DNA of 64,000 bases. Source: a virus. This document shows positions 27,374 to 37,344 of this stretch, piece after piece (within the stretch, counting starts at the first letter, position 1; each line of letters starts with the position of its first letter). The notes under the pieces are model-generated. The model saw only the letters and a program-made list of their open reading frames with translations. It had not been told where the DNA came from and did not search any database. The position numbers were made by a program, and so were the translations under genes. The DNA lies in IMG/VR virus record IMGVR_UViG_3300021959_010405, positions 32,001 through 96,000 of that record. One strand, 5' to 3'.

Positions 27374-29188
27374 CTAAACATCAACACTTTTAACACGTGT
27401 AGTTATACCATTTTCTTTTTGAAGATATATTATTTCCGCATTATCAGTTATTGACTTAATAGCTTCCGGTCGATGTGTAATAACGAAAACACATTCATTA
27501 TTAGACGAAACTCTATCGTTAAGAATATTATTAACTAACTCTACACCCTTACTGTCTAAACTTGAGTCATATAGCTCATCAAAGAAACTAACATTGTATG
27601 CAACGTTCCCTTGCATGCGTCGCGCATCGGCGAAGGTAAACAAACATGCTAAATCTATATTTTTTCTTTCTCCGTCTGAAAAATTATAATAAGAACAAAT
27701 TTTATTATTATCGTTTATAATTTCCTCTTCAAAATATTCGTTGAAGACACATATGCAGTTTGCGTCCATTTTTTTCAAATAGTATGCAAGTCTACTATTA
27801 AAAATCTGCAATATTTGTTTAACAATATATGCTTTAACCCCTTCTTCGGATACTACAAATTTACTAATATCAATGATATTCATCATATCACGATTTTTTT
27901 CAACCTTTTGCGATATATCCTCTATCTCTTTCTTAACTTCATTAATTATAAAATCTATATTTGTTTCGGTTGATTTAAGGTTTGCAATATCTATTTCTAG
28001 ACTCTCAATCCAACTCTCATGCTGTTTTATATTTTGCTCAATATTATCCTTAGATGAAGCTTCTACATTAGCTACATTTAATTTTTGTTGAATCTTTATT
28101 AAGGATTCATTTAATTTATCCTTAACGGATTGTAATTTACTAATTACCTTATTACAATCTTCAAGATCTTGTTTTCGAGTTTTTATTTTCTCGGCAATAA
28201 TTTTCTTACCGTCAGATATGCAATCGCGATCATGATCCTCAATCTGACGTAAACAAGTTGGGCATTTATTTTCAGTTGTACCAATATTCTTATAATCTTG
28301 TCCATCGCGTTTTATATCTGTTTTAATTTCAGCACAAATTTCAAGCTGATCTCTTATTTTACTTTCTACTCTTTCAATACCATCTACAACTTCATCTAAT
28401 TTGCTTTTGATTGCAGTAGTATCAGCCTCTTTTATTTTATTTAATTTATTTTTTAAATCTTTAATAGTTTTTTTATTGTCTTTATATCTTTTATTGTAGT
28501 CGACTAATTTATCTTTTCTACTCTTAAGTATATCCTCTCGTTGATCCTTATAATTGGTCTGGGATTTATTTTTTTCCTCTAATTTAGTTAGATCGATTTC
28601 ATAGTCTCTTTTTATTTCATTATAATCATTTCTAGCTAGCTTTAGCATTTCCCCGAATACCTCTAAGGAAAAAATATTTTCAATAAACTTACGCTTAGCA
28701 ATAACCTTCTGACCCATAAACGGTATGGTATTATTAGAGGTCATTACGACACAATTTTTAAATATCTCTCCCGACGCCTCTATTAGTTCTAATATATACT
28801 GTGTTGTATTAGCTATTGAGTCGCGAGTTATATCTTCCCCATTTTTTATTAATATTAACTTCGAGGGGTTTAAAGATCTTTGTATTAAGTATTCGCTAGT
28901 CTCCTCAGGGGAGGTAATTTTAAATTTTAAAGATACGCTACATTTACCATTGGTAATATTATTTACAATAAGGTCTTTTTTATTTATATCTCGGATAGTT
29001 TTACCAAATATAGCAAAATAAAAAGCATCAGCTATAGTGCTTTTACCTACCCCATTTTTACGATCTATTTTATCCTTATTGTTACCCGTAATGACATGCA
29101 TTCCAGGTTTAAATTCTATTTCGATCGGATCTTCTCCAACAGAAAAAAAGTTTTGCAATTTAAGGGTTTTGAAAAATACGTGCTTCAT
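27374..29188 (-). CDS. gp46: recombination endonuclease ATPase subunit (gp46, Rad50/SbcC-like)
   Basis: NGVGKS, CPTC zinc hook, FSDGE signature, FFDE. Confidence 0.95.
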   Translation of the reverse strand: MKHVFFKTLKLQNFFSVGEDPIEIEFKPGMHVITGNNKDKIDRKNGVGKSTIADAFYFAIFGKTIRDINKKDLIVNNITNGKCSVSLKFKITSPEETSEYLIQRSLNPSKLILIKNGEDITRDSIANTTQYILELIEASGEIFKNCVVMTSNNTIPFMGQKVIAKRKFIENIFSLEVFGEMLKLARNDYNEIKRDYEIDLTKLEEKNKSQTNYKDQREDILKSRKDKLVDYNKRYKDNKKTIKDLKNKLNKIKEADTTAIKSKLDEVVDGIERVESKIRDQLEICAEIKTDIKRDGQDYKNIGTTENKCPTCLRQIEDHDRDCISDGKKIIAEKIKTRKQDLEDCNKVISKLQSVKDKLNESLIKIQQKLNVANVEASSKDNIEQNIKQHESWIESLEIDIANLKSTETNIDFIINEVKKEIEDISQKVEKNRDMMNIIDISKFVVSEEGVKAYIVKQILQIFNSRLAYYLKKMDANCICVFNEYFEEEIINDNNKICSYYNFSDGERKNIDLACLFTFADARRMQGNVAYNVSFFDELYDSSLDSKGVELVNNILNDRVSSNNECVFVITHRPEAIKSITDNAEIIYLQKENGITTRVKSVDV

Positions 29189-30234
29189 TAGTGCGTAACT
29201 CTTTTATATAAGTCATTAACATATTGAACAACTGGCTCATTATTATCTATATCCATTATGTTTATAAATTCGGTTATTGCTCTCTCCATATCAATTCCTG
29301 AAAAATCATGCTCACCCTCTTCATCAATCATGGTATTGAAATTAATATCATGCTCTACTTCAATTTGTATGGGTTGTAAAGCTCTAAATTGTTTAAAAAG
29401 AAATTCCGAATGTTTGGTAGATATTCTCTTATCAATAATAAACTTTATTATATTGCCCTTTACAATCTTTTTTAGATCGGCTAGAGGTACTTTCTTTTCC
29501 GCAATCTCAGATAAAAATATTTTATAAAATCGAGGCGATATATTATTTTCTATAAAATCAATGTTATTTGTATCTAAATCAACAAAATATATACCTTTTG
29601 TATCCCCAGCGTCACCAAAATCCATCTGAAACGGATTACCCACATAAATGATTTGACCTTTTTTTAGCTTTCTCTCAGATCTTAAATGAAAATGCCCTGT
29701 AAATGTTAGGGGTGATTTTTTAAGAATATCGGAAGTCTTAATGCCATGGTCACAAATTTTAAATGAATTGAGCTTGAATGACTCAATCTCGAAATGACCA
29801 AATAAGATATCACTTTTAGGTATATCCTTCTCAGAGGTACCCCACGGTATAAAAGATATTTTTTTACCGCCATCCGTTGTTATGGTAGTAGTCTTATCTA
29901 GAACTGTAATATTATCTCTCCCGTCAAAAATAGAAAGAGAATTTACTGAAGATGACTCTTTATAATAACAATCATGATTACCCGGAATAAATGTAATATT
30001 ATAGTCCTTCAATTCATTAAGAACTTTAGCGGAGTGAGATATAGTATTGGTTGCGATTGAATCTCTATAATGGTAGAAATCTCCGCAAAAAACAATATCT
30101 TTTATACCTCGACTGTCCACAGTACTCTTAAACCACTTGACCCAATCAAGAGTTATCTTATGCCATATGGGACTATCTCTATGTACACCGATGTGTATAT
30201 CACTAAAGATAGCAATGTTACTTGATTTAATCAT
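29188..30234 (-). CDS. gp47: recombination endonuclease nuclease subunit (gp47, Mre11/SbcD-like)
   Basis: SDIHIG, GDFYH, GNHD, GHFH. Confidence 0.93.
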   Translation of the reverse strand: MIKSSNIAIFSDIHIGVHRDSPIWHKITLDWVKWFKSTVDSRGIKDIVFCGDFYHYRDSIATNTISHSAKVLNELKDYNITFIPGNHDCYYKESSSVNSLSIFDGRDNITVLDKTTTITTDGGKKISFIPWGTSEKDIPKSDILFGHFEIESFKLNSFKICDHGIKTSDILKKSPLTFTGHFHLRSERKLKKGQIIYVGNPFQMDFGDAGDTKGIYFVDLDTNNIDFIENNISPRFYKIFLSEIAEKKVPLADLKKIVKGNIIKFIIDKRISTKHSEFLFKQFRALQPIQIEVEHDINFNTMIDEEGEHDFSGIDMERAITEFINIMDIDNNEPVVQYVNDLYKRVTH

Positions 30235-30680
30235 AAATCACTATCGTAAAAGTCACCTTCTTCTAGATTAGATATATTTTTTGTATAAACTTTACCGTCG
30301 CTGGAATCAATCATATGTCTTTCGTAAACTTCTTCGCGATATTCGGTTTCTGCTTGATGCAATCTTTTTTCCTTTTTAATTCTATTAATAAACGATCTAA
30401 AAGCTATAGTAGTAAAATAGGAGAAGGGATTATATTTTGATGTTACATCGAAATTTTTATTTTTTAAAGCTGCATACATCTTCACGATTGCATCACCTAC
30501 CATCTCATCTCTATACGTATAATCTTTAAATTTAGAATTGTAGCTTAAGCCTGTCGCTATTTTATTAATGCATTCTCCGAGATAATCTTCGAATTTATCG
30601 CTTTGATAGAAACGGGCTATTGCATCCTTAAACTCTTTAGGTTCTACATAATAATTGCTCTTATCTTTAGTCTTTGCCAT
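30231..30680 (-). CDS. gp55: late-transcription sigma factor gp55
   Basis: IATGLSY...F..YTYRDEMVGDA...NPFSYFTTIAF.SFINRIKKEK. Confidence 0.9.
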   Translation of the reverse strand: MAKTKDKSNYYVEPKEFKDAIARFYQSDKFEDYLGECINKIATGLSYNSKFKDYTYRDEMVGDAIVKMYAALKNKNFDVTSKYNPFSYFTTIAFRSFINRIKKEKRLHQAETEYREEVYERHMIDSSDGKVYTKNISNLEEGDFYDSDL

Positions 30681-30691
30681 AGCTAACCTTC

Positions 30692-30719
30692 ATTATAGTA
30701 GATTATTATAATAATTCAA
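30692..30719 (-). promoter_or_regulatory. sigma70-like promoter TTGAAT-N16-TATAAT
   Basis: Upstream of gp55. Confidence 0.7.
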
Positions 30720-30723
30720 CTCA

Positions 30724-32175
30724 CTAAGGTTCTTTTATTGTAGAAATATTGAATGGTATACTCTCCTTTCGATATATTTCTAACCTTTTGTTTAAATGTG
30801 ATATTCCATAATGTAGTTGATCGGCTAGATCAATAATAATTAATTTATTTTTACTGTGATGCTTTCTCAATCCTCTACCAATCGATTGTACTAGACGTAT
30901 AAAAGCCTTGCCCCCGCTTGCAAAAACAATCATATGTATATTTTTAATATTAATTCCTGTAGAAAATATAGATGACATTGCAATACAAATAACCCCGTTA
31001 TTATTCTCCATACTCTTTTTAATTTTCTCTCTATCGTCAACCTCTACCGAGCCTTGAACAAAATGAACTTCTCTATCTGAAATATTATTAAGAGTATCTA
31101 AGAGTATCTCGCCATGAGCTATATGATTAACTAGTATTAAAATATTATTTTTAAAATTACTACTTACTTGTTTTATTATTTTGTTACGATATTCACTCTC
31201 ATATAAAAAATCTAATTCTGCCTTGTATCTTGCCGTCGATGTAAATTCATCATCCTTAAAATATGTTTTAGGTTTCTTTTTATACTCAATTTTAAGAATT
31301 TTAACCTCCGCTGAAGTTAAAAATCCTTCTTCGCGAAGTTCATTACTACCTTTCTCATAATATACTGGACCTGTCTTTCCGATTATTGACCACCTATCCA
31401 TCTGCTCCTCTGGTAGGGTACCAGTAAAGCCATATTTATTATTAGTATATATCTTACTAATTAATTTACCTATTTTGTTCTTATGCTTTACTTTATGAGC
31501 TTCATCAATAACTACTAAATCTACATGTTCTATCCATGAATGATCGTCAAACTGACTTTGAACAATTTGATTACTCGCTATTACAACATTTACATTAGTA
31601 TCTAATTTATATTGTGAGGTCCATCTGCAGAAAGTAAATGGTACATTATACTCTTCAAAATCGCTGTATGTCTGCTGTACTAGACCGCGGTCAGGTACTA
31701 ATAACAAACACCTAAAATCTTTACCTCCCTTAGTTTTATTAATAATATTATGTATAAGAGTAGCTATTGTTAAGGTTTTACCTCCACCTGTCCCTAAAAC
31801 ACATACCCCCTTACCTCCTTTAAGAGCATTTTTTAAAATTTCTTCTTGATAATACCTTAATTCTAGATTATTATCTAAAAAGATGAGTTCATCGCTAAAA
31901 CCGCAATCTACAATCTCTCTAACTTCGCTTGTAAAGGAGATCTTACATGTAGGTGCAGATTCTTTTATTGTTTTTATAACATCAGATAAGAGACCTGGCT
32001 CGAACTTACCAGCAGGAGTTATAGAGTATAATCTTCTGGGGGCAAACTTGGACTGATATGCGGCCGCCTTATTAGGCACACTAAATTTCTCTCTTATTTC
32101 GTTTAACAATACGGAATTATCTGTTTTTATTAAACAGCGATTATGATTTATTGAGTAGTCAATCTCGACCTGCAT
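30724..32175 (-). CDS. uvsW: SF2 helicase UvsW
   Basis: LRYYQ, GTGGGKT, DEAH, FTGT, QSIGRGLR. Confidence 0.93.
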   Translation of the reverse strand: MQVEIDYSINHNRCLIKTDNSVLLNEIREKFSVPNKAAAYQSKFAPRRLYSITPAGKFEPGLLSDVIKTIKESAPTCKISFTSEVREIVDCGFSDELIFLDNNLELRYYQEEILKNALKGGKGVCVLGTGGGKTLTIATLIHNIINKTKGGKDFRCLLLVPDRGLVQQTYSDFEEYNVPFTFCRWTSQYKLDTNVNVVIASNQIVQSQFDDHSWIEHVDLVVIDEAHKVKHKNKIGKLISKIYTNNKYGFTGTLPEEQMDRWSIIGKTGPVYYEKGSNELREEGFLTSAEVKILKIEYKKKPKTYFKDDEFTSTARYKAELDFLYESEYRNKIIKQVSSNFKNNILILVNHIAHGEILLDTLNNISDREVHFVQGSVEVDDREKIKKSMENNNGVICIAMSSIFSTGINIKNIHMIVFASGGKAFIRLVQSIGRGLRKHHSKNKLIIIDLADQLHYGISHLNKRLEIYRKESIPFNISTIKEP

Positions 32176-32570
32176 TATAACATCTCAAGCTTCATTAGCT
32201 CGACAATATTTTTTATATCCCAAACCATAGAGGTAAGATTTTTTTCAGTTTTTTCTAAAAACTCAATAATTAATTCTAACTCCTTACATTTATTAGTAAG
32301 TTCCGTCATTTCGCTACTACCTTTAGCCATTTTAAGAGATTCTGGTATACTCAAGCGCGTTACAGATTTTTCTCTAAGTTTTTCAGCGATTTCTCTCTCA
32401 CGCTGTTGCTTTTCTTTATATATTGAATTGAGCTCATGCTTATGCCTTATGAGTCTAGCAGTCCAGTAGTGTCTTCTTGCAGGAAGGCGGCGTTGAACCT
32501 CGCTCACGTTCATTTCATCTATAGAAAGCTCTAATTTAAGTTCCTCTATATATTTTTCAAGAAGATCCAT
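32175..32570 (-). CDS. uvsY: recombination mediator UvsY
   Basis: 131-aa helical protein coupled to uvsW, ending DIKNIVELMKLE. Confidence 0.78.
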   Translation of the reverse strand: MDLLEKYIEELKLELSIDEMNVSEVQRRLPARRHYWTARLIRHKHELNSIYKEKQQREREIAEKLREKSVTRLSIPESLKMAKGSSEMTELTNKCKELELIIEFLEKTEKNLTSMVWDIKNIVELMKLEML

Positions 32571-32580
32571 CTTATTAATA

Positions 32581-32586
32581 TAAATA
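32581..32586 (+). promoter_or_regulatory. late promoter TAAATA
   Basis: 5 nt upstream of ATG 32592. Confidence 0.65.
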
Positions 32587-32591
32587 CTAAT

Positions 32592-32840
32592 ATGGAGAAA
32601 TCCAATCTTTATTTTAATACATTTATAAAAATACTATCTGAGGACTCAATCGCTGGAGATGGTGGCTCATTCGGTGAATTACAACCTACCGCTACTACAT
32701 TTAGCGGAGATAATTATGCGCCAGGGGATGCGCGTAATATATTCGGCGGATTACCTAATAAAATCCAAAGAAGAGCTGGAATTAGTACAAAAAAACGTAA
32801 AAAACGTAAAAAAACTAGAAAATCTCGTAAAAACCGTTGA
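32592..32840 (+). CDS. small protein with highly basic tail
   Basis: Leader ending ILSE; tail KKRKKRKKTRKSRKNR. Confidence 0.6.
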   Translation: MEKSNLYFNTFIKILSEDSIAGDGGSFGELQPTATTFSGDNYAPGDARNIFGGLPNKIQRRAGISTKKRKKRKKTRKSRKNR

Positions 32841-32909
32841 CTTATAAACCACGGGAATAAATAACTCTTGGCTGGGGTTGGGAGCCCTGAATAAAAACGG
32901 CCGATAAAA

Positions 32910-33332
32910 ATGATAAATTTAGGCCATTGGGTTACAGAATTAGAGATACCAGAAGATCCGTACGGATTTATATACGTTATAACAAATACCGATAATAATC
33001 ATAAGTATATTGGTAAAAAGCAGTGTAAGACCATCCTCAAACGCGCGCCTCTTAAGGGTAAGAAAAGAAAAAGACACGTCGAGAAAGATACTGACTGGAG
33101 AACATATACCGGATCGTGCAATAAGCTTAATTCTGATATTGAATCGATCGGTAAAGATAAATTTATTTTCGAAATTATTAGATTCTGCAATAATAAATGG
33201 GAATTAGCTTATTTCGAGATGAAAGAGCAGCTAGAAAAAGACGTTCTCATAAGTGATCAGTACTATAACGGTATTATTAATGCTAGAATCGGTAAAATTC
33301 CCGACGAAACACGCCGTCTTCTTGAAGAATAG
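32910..33332 (+). CDS. GIY-YIG family endonuclease
   Basis: GFIYVITN...KYIGKK, YTGS, YYN. Confidence 0.85.
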   Translation: MINLGHWVTELEIPEDPYGFIYVITNTDNNHKYIGKKQCKTILKRAPLKGKKRKRHVEKDTDWRTYTGSCNKLNSDIESIGKDKFIFEIIRFCNNKWELAYFEMKEQLEKDVLISDQYYNGIINARIGKIPDETRRLLEE

Positions 33333-33360
33333 TTGATATTCTCTCATATCAATATATTGT
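33333..33360 (+). promoter_or_regulatory. sigma70-like promoter TTGATA-N16-TATTGT
   Basis: Upstream of ATG 33371. Confidence 0.45.
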
Positions 33361-33370
33361 TATATAGTAT

Positions 33371-33946
33371 ATGGGGGTAGATTTAAAATATTACAACATA
33401 GAGCTAATAGATATAACAGACATATTAGCGGATGTCGTTCTACCAGACTGGGTCGACTATATGCATGAATTCTCAGTAGATCTTAGTAAGAAATCTCATA
33501 AGCTTAAAATATTTTATCATTTTTTTATTAAAACAGTCTGCGATCTGCTCTTAGATGCAGATATCTCCACTAAAAAAGTACTATTTCTCAATCTTCGACA
33601 GGAGAGAATACCAAATACAATACTTCGTAATAGAGCAGCTGCAGCTGGCTATAATGATAGTGAGTTTTACCTACTTGTTAAGGGACTTATAACAAAACTC
33701 GAACGTAATTTTCCTCTTAAATTTTACATTAGTAGTTATTCTTATGATAAGTTCATGAAATTAATCGATTCTGGAGACGGTCACGCTGTTTATCACATCA
33801 ATCTAATGCGTAGCAAGTTGGATACTATAGGTAAAAATAAATATCAATATAATTTAGTTGATAAATTTATAAAGAAATATGAATTAACGTGGCTAGACGA
33901 GAACTATTTTAATGGTTTTAAGACAAAACTACTATCAATTCTATAA
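33371..33946 (+). CDS. hypothetical protein
   Basis: 191-aa ORF; no family recognised. Confidence 0.7.
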   Translation: MGVDLKYYNIELIDITDILADVVLPDWVDYMHEFSVDLSKKSHKLKIFYHFFIKTVCDLLLDADISTKKVLFLNLRQERIPNTILRNRAAAAGYNDSEFYLLVKGLITKLERNFPLKFYISSYSYDKFMKLIDSGDGHAVYHINLMRSKLDTIGKNKYQYNLVDKFIKKYELTWLDENYFNGFKTKLLSIL

Positions 33947-33959
33947 ATAATACTTATAT

Positions 33960-34373
33960 ATGAAGAAATTTGATCGTATAGCGCGTACCGCTATTGAGTA
34001 TTTGACTGAGCAATCTCCAAATGAGGTTCTCGGCGCTGCAGCACCAGTTGATCCGAATTTAGCTGCAGATCCATCGATGGGAGCCGGGGAGATGGCGCCT
34101 CAAGAAGCGCCTCCGGTAGAGGAACCTGAGCAGGAGGTAGAGACTTTATCACCAGAGGCTGAGGTAGTGCTAGTTAAGTTTATACGTAAAGCACTTTTAA
34201 TCGATTTATCCTTAGAAGATAAAGCTAAGTTAATTAATTTAATACCTACTGATAAAGATATCGATCAGACTAATGCTAAATCGATTTTGGAAGCCCTTCA
34301 ATCAATAATTGGATCGTATTCCACTACAAAAACAACAGAAGAGGATAAGGATAAATTAAACATACCTGGATAA
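33960..34373 (+). CDS. hypothetical protein, candidate head-internal protein
   Basis: TATAAATA at 33942..33949; leader ending YLTE; Pro/Glu-rich linker. Confidence 0.7.
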   Translation: MKKFDRIARTAIEYLTEQSPNEVLGAAAPVDPNLAADPSMGAGEMAPQEAPPVEEPEQEVETLSPEAEVVLVKFIRKALLIDLSLEDKAKLINLIPTDKDIDQTNAKSILEALQSIIGSYSTTKTTEEDKDKLNIPG

Positions 34374-34374
34374 T

Positions 34375-35430
34375 ATGAGTTGCTGGAAATCATTAAGTGA
34401 AATATATACTGAAATATATACTGAAAACGTAGTTGAAGGTAAAGAATTATTAAGTGCCCAAGATTTAATTTCAAAAATTAAAGAACTAGACAGTAATAAC
34501 GCGTTGACACCAGAAGTAATTGAATATCTAAATCAATATCTAAGTACGGTTCCATATAAAATAAAAATTATTAATCATCTTAACCGCCATAACTTGAATA
34601 GCTCGACCTTTAGCGGTGGCCCGGATAGTAATGTAGAAAATATCATTATTAATATAATAGCTAGAAATAATGATCTCGAAAATTATTTAAATTATATTAA
34701 TAATCCCGTCGATCTATCCAGTATAGGAAAATCCGGTAATTTAGTAGCAATAATGACCAAACAAACTGGGATGAGCATTAATACTGTTAAGAGTCTTATA
34801 AATATAATAGGGACTGAGAGTGGTCGAGGGATAGGTAAAGGTGAAGTCTTCTCAGCTGCTGTTTTTAACGACGTATCTCAAGGCGGAGCGGGTGAAGGCG
34901 ATCTTAATTGGAATGGAAGATACTTAGAGGTGAAGGGAACCAGCGCGAGATTAGGGGGACGGGGCCGAGAATTTGATAATTTTCAAAATATTACACTAGG
35001 TAAAATAGCATATACGCTTAATACTCCGGGGACGGCAAATTCTATTAAAATTGTAGATATTATTGTAAATATTGCCAAAAACAAAAGTGGTAATATTGAG
35101 AAAGAGCAATTGCAAAATGCAATTAGAGAATTTATAACGATGGCTTATGGGGTAAATATCGACAATATTATTAAATTAGAGTCTATTGATTTAAAAGATC
35201 CAAGAAAAGTTCGCAATATGTTAACTACTATATATTTTACCAGTTATGCAATGCGGCACAATGTATCGGATTTTCTTTTTATAAGAACAGATGAAAGTTC
35301 GCGAAGCGGGTTTGGTAACTTTAGATTGTTTAACGCTTCAGAAATTAAAAAGCTAGTGGATGAAGATATGATATCATGCGGCGTTATTACTCTTAAGAAC
35401 TTAGATCCATCACTCAATACTATTAAGTAA
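34375..35430 (+). CDS. hypothetical protein with PD-(D/E)xK-like nuclease motif
   Basis: GKGE...GDLNWNGRYLEVKG (D...ExK). Confidence 0.65.
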   Translation: MSCWKSLSEIYTEIYTENVVEGKELLSAQDLISKIKELDSNNALTPEVIEYLNQYLSTVPYKIKIINHLNRHNLNSSTFSGGPDSNVENIIINIIARNNDLENYLNYINNPVDLSSIGKSGNLVAIMTKQTGMSINTVKSLINIIGTESGRGIGKGEVFSAAVFNDVSQGGAGEGDLNWNGRYLEVKGTSARLGGRGREFDNFQNITLGKIAYTLNTPGTANSIKIVDIIVNIAKNKSGNIEKEQLQNAIREFITMAYGVNIDNIIKLESIDLKDPRKVRNMLTTIYFTSYAMRHNVSDFLFIRTDESSRSGFGNFRLFNASEIKKLVDEDMISCGVITLKNLDPSLNTIK

Positions 35431-35449
35431 ATATTGCTGATTTATAAAT

Positions 35450-36727
35450 ATGAGAACATTTAAACAATACTATAAAAATAAAAAACAAAATCTCTATTTA
35501 GAATTTTTTGATGCTATAGATGGCGCAGTTAAGCACATTGATCATTTAGAGGAAAACATTCTTAACAAAGGTAAGCAAGGAGTACATGACGCACTAAATC
35601 AAATTGAAGCTTCGATAAAGTACTTCACAGAAGAATCTGATTATAAAATTAGTGTTAAGTTTGATGGAGCTCCAGCTATAGTTGCAGGGACTGATCCTAG
35701 TGGAAGATTCTTTGTAGCCAGTAAGTCCGCTTTTGCAAAAAATCCAAAAATAAACTATACTGTTGAAGATATTGAGCGAAATCACGGCCACGCTCCAGGT
35801 TTGGTAGATAAATTAGTAAAAGCTTTAAAATATTTACCTTCTTTAAATATAAAAGGCATCTATCAAATGGATTTTATGTTTGATGATCAACTCAAGCAAA
35901 TAGAAACCCCACAAACAATAGATGGTGTGCCCAATGAGAATACATTTATAACATTTACACCGAATACCATTAAGTATGCTGTATCTCCGGATAGTCCGTA
36001 TGGAGATCAAATACAGAAAGCACAAATAGGGGTTGCAGTGCATATTGAATATGAGGTGCGTGATGGGATTCTTAAGGTTAAAAAATATACATCAAGTCCG
36101 GATGAGTTTTCATCTTCTAATACGGTATTTTTATTCAACGTTTTAGCGGGTAAGTCTAAACAAGGTGTGAGTAGGTTCACAAAAAGACTTTTAACCGATG
36201 TTAAACGTAAGAAAGAGCGTGTATTAAAATTATCTAACAATATAAAGTTTAAAGAGCTCGAACCTTATAACGCGTTAATAAAGACGTATATTAATAGTGA
36301 AATTAGAAGCGGTAGATTCTTAGATAATATTGCAATGTCTACTGATGAATTAGTAAGATATAATGCTGATAGATATCAAAAGCAAATTGATAAGCTTAAA
36401 TCCGATGCTGGTAAGCAAAGAAAGAAAGAACAAATGGATGCAGATATGGGTAAGCTTATGGAGCTTAGATCTTCCGTTAAGGGGGTATTGGAAATTACTA
36501 AAATTATAGCAATGTTAAAAAATAATCTCGTTAAAATATTTAATGAGATAACTCGCAACGATTTGCTTGGAAATTATCTCGATGAGGGAGGCGGTCAATG
36601 GCAAACAACCGCGCCAGAAGGTTTCGCTTTATCGAAGGTAGATGATGAAGGGGCTCAAATAACCAAAATGGTAGATCGTCAAGAATTTAGTGCAGCAAAC
36701 TTTGGAACTGGAAAACCTGGATCATGA
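35450..36727 (+). CDS. DUF6267-like protein with RNA/DNA-ligase-type nucleotidyltransferase motifs
   Basis: HIDHLEE, VKFDG (motif I), QMDFMF, EGFA (motif IV), KMVDR (motif V-like). Confidence 0.75.
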   Translation: MRTFKQYYKNKKQNLYLEFFDAIDGAVKHIDHLEENILNKGKQGVHDALNQIEASIKYFTEESDYKISVKFDGAPAIVAGTDPSGRFFVASKSAFAKNPKINYTVEDIERNHGHAPGLVDKLVKALKYLPSLNIKGIYQMDFMFDDQLKQIETPQTIDGVPNENTFITFTPNTIKYAVSPDSPYGDQIQKAQIGVAVHIEYEVRDGILKVKKYTSSPDEFSSSNTVFLFNVLAGKSKQGVSRFTKRLLTDVKRKKERVLKLSNNIKFKELEPYNALIKTYINSEIRSGRFLDNIAMSTDELVRYNADRYQKQIDKLKSDAGKQRKKEQMDADMGKLMELRSSVKGVLEITKIIAMLKNNLVKIFNEITRNDLLGNYLDEGGGQWQTTAPEGFALSKVDDEGAQITKMVDRQEFSAANFGTGKPGS

Positions 36728-37323
36728 ATTTTACCCAATATGTAGAAAGTCAAAATAGTAACTCAGTAGCCTTACTACCGGGAGGGTTTAAGCCACCAAC
36801 AAAGGGTCACTTTAGAGCATTTAAATATATTCTCGAAGATGCTGATAAAGGTATTGTATTTATCGGTTCAGGTGACCGTGAGTTAGTAGAGAATGAGCCA
36901 GAAAAAGGAGTCATTACTCAAGCTCAATCAAAAGCTATCTGGGAGATCTATGCCAAGCATCTTGGTAAGCCAATTGAGGTTCGTACATCAGCAAATACCC
37001 CTGTTAGGGATGTATATAAATATGCAGATGCAAATCCAGATTTACCAATTATTGTAGGTGCTGGTGGGCCGCGTGAAATCAAACCTGGGGTATTTGATAA
37101 GGGTGATATGAAGCGTTATGAATATTTCGTAAAGAACCCTGAGAAGTATCCTCTTGTTAGGGTTGTTCAGATTCCAAGTCAAGAAAAAGGTATGCGAGCT
37201 ACTGTAATGAGAGAGCTACTTGCAAAGGATTTAGATGCTGGTATTGAAGCATTTGCACCTCTTGGTGATGATGGTATAACAGAATCTGATAAAGATGCAA
37301 TTAAGAGCATTTTAGGTGGCTAA
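36724..37323 (+). CDS. HxGH-superfamily nucleotidyltransferase (cytidylyltransferase/NMNAT-like)
   Basis: PGGFKPPTKGH and C-terminal MRATVMR; start overlaps the upstream gene stop. Confidence 0.82.
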   Translation: MNFTQYVESQNSNSVALLPGGFKPPTKGHFRAFKYILEDADKGIVFIGSGDRELVENEPEKGVITQAQSKAIWEIYAKHLGKPIEVRTSANTPVRDVYKYADANPDLPIIVGAGGPREIKPGVFDKGDMKRYEYFVKNPEKYPLVRVVQIPSQEKGMRATVMRELLAKDLDAGIEAFAPLGDDGITESDKDAIKSILGG

Positions 37324-37344
37324 AAGGAACTCTGATATAATAAT

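Noticed and set aside
32864-32909. preQ1-I riboswitch, tempting given the que genes and the A-rich tail
   Set aside because: The hairpin loop is only 3-5 nt and lacks the preQ1-I loop consensus, and the downstream gene is a nuclease; kept only as a generic structured leader.
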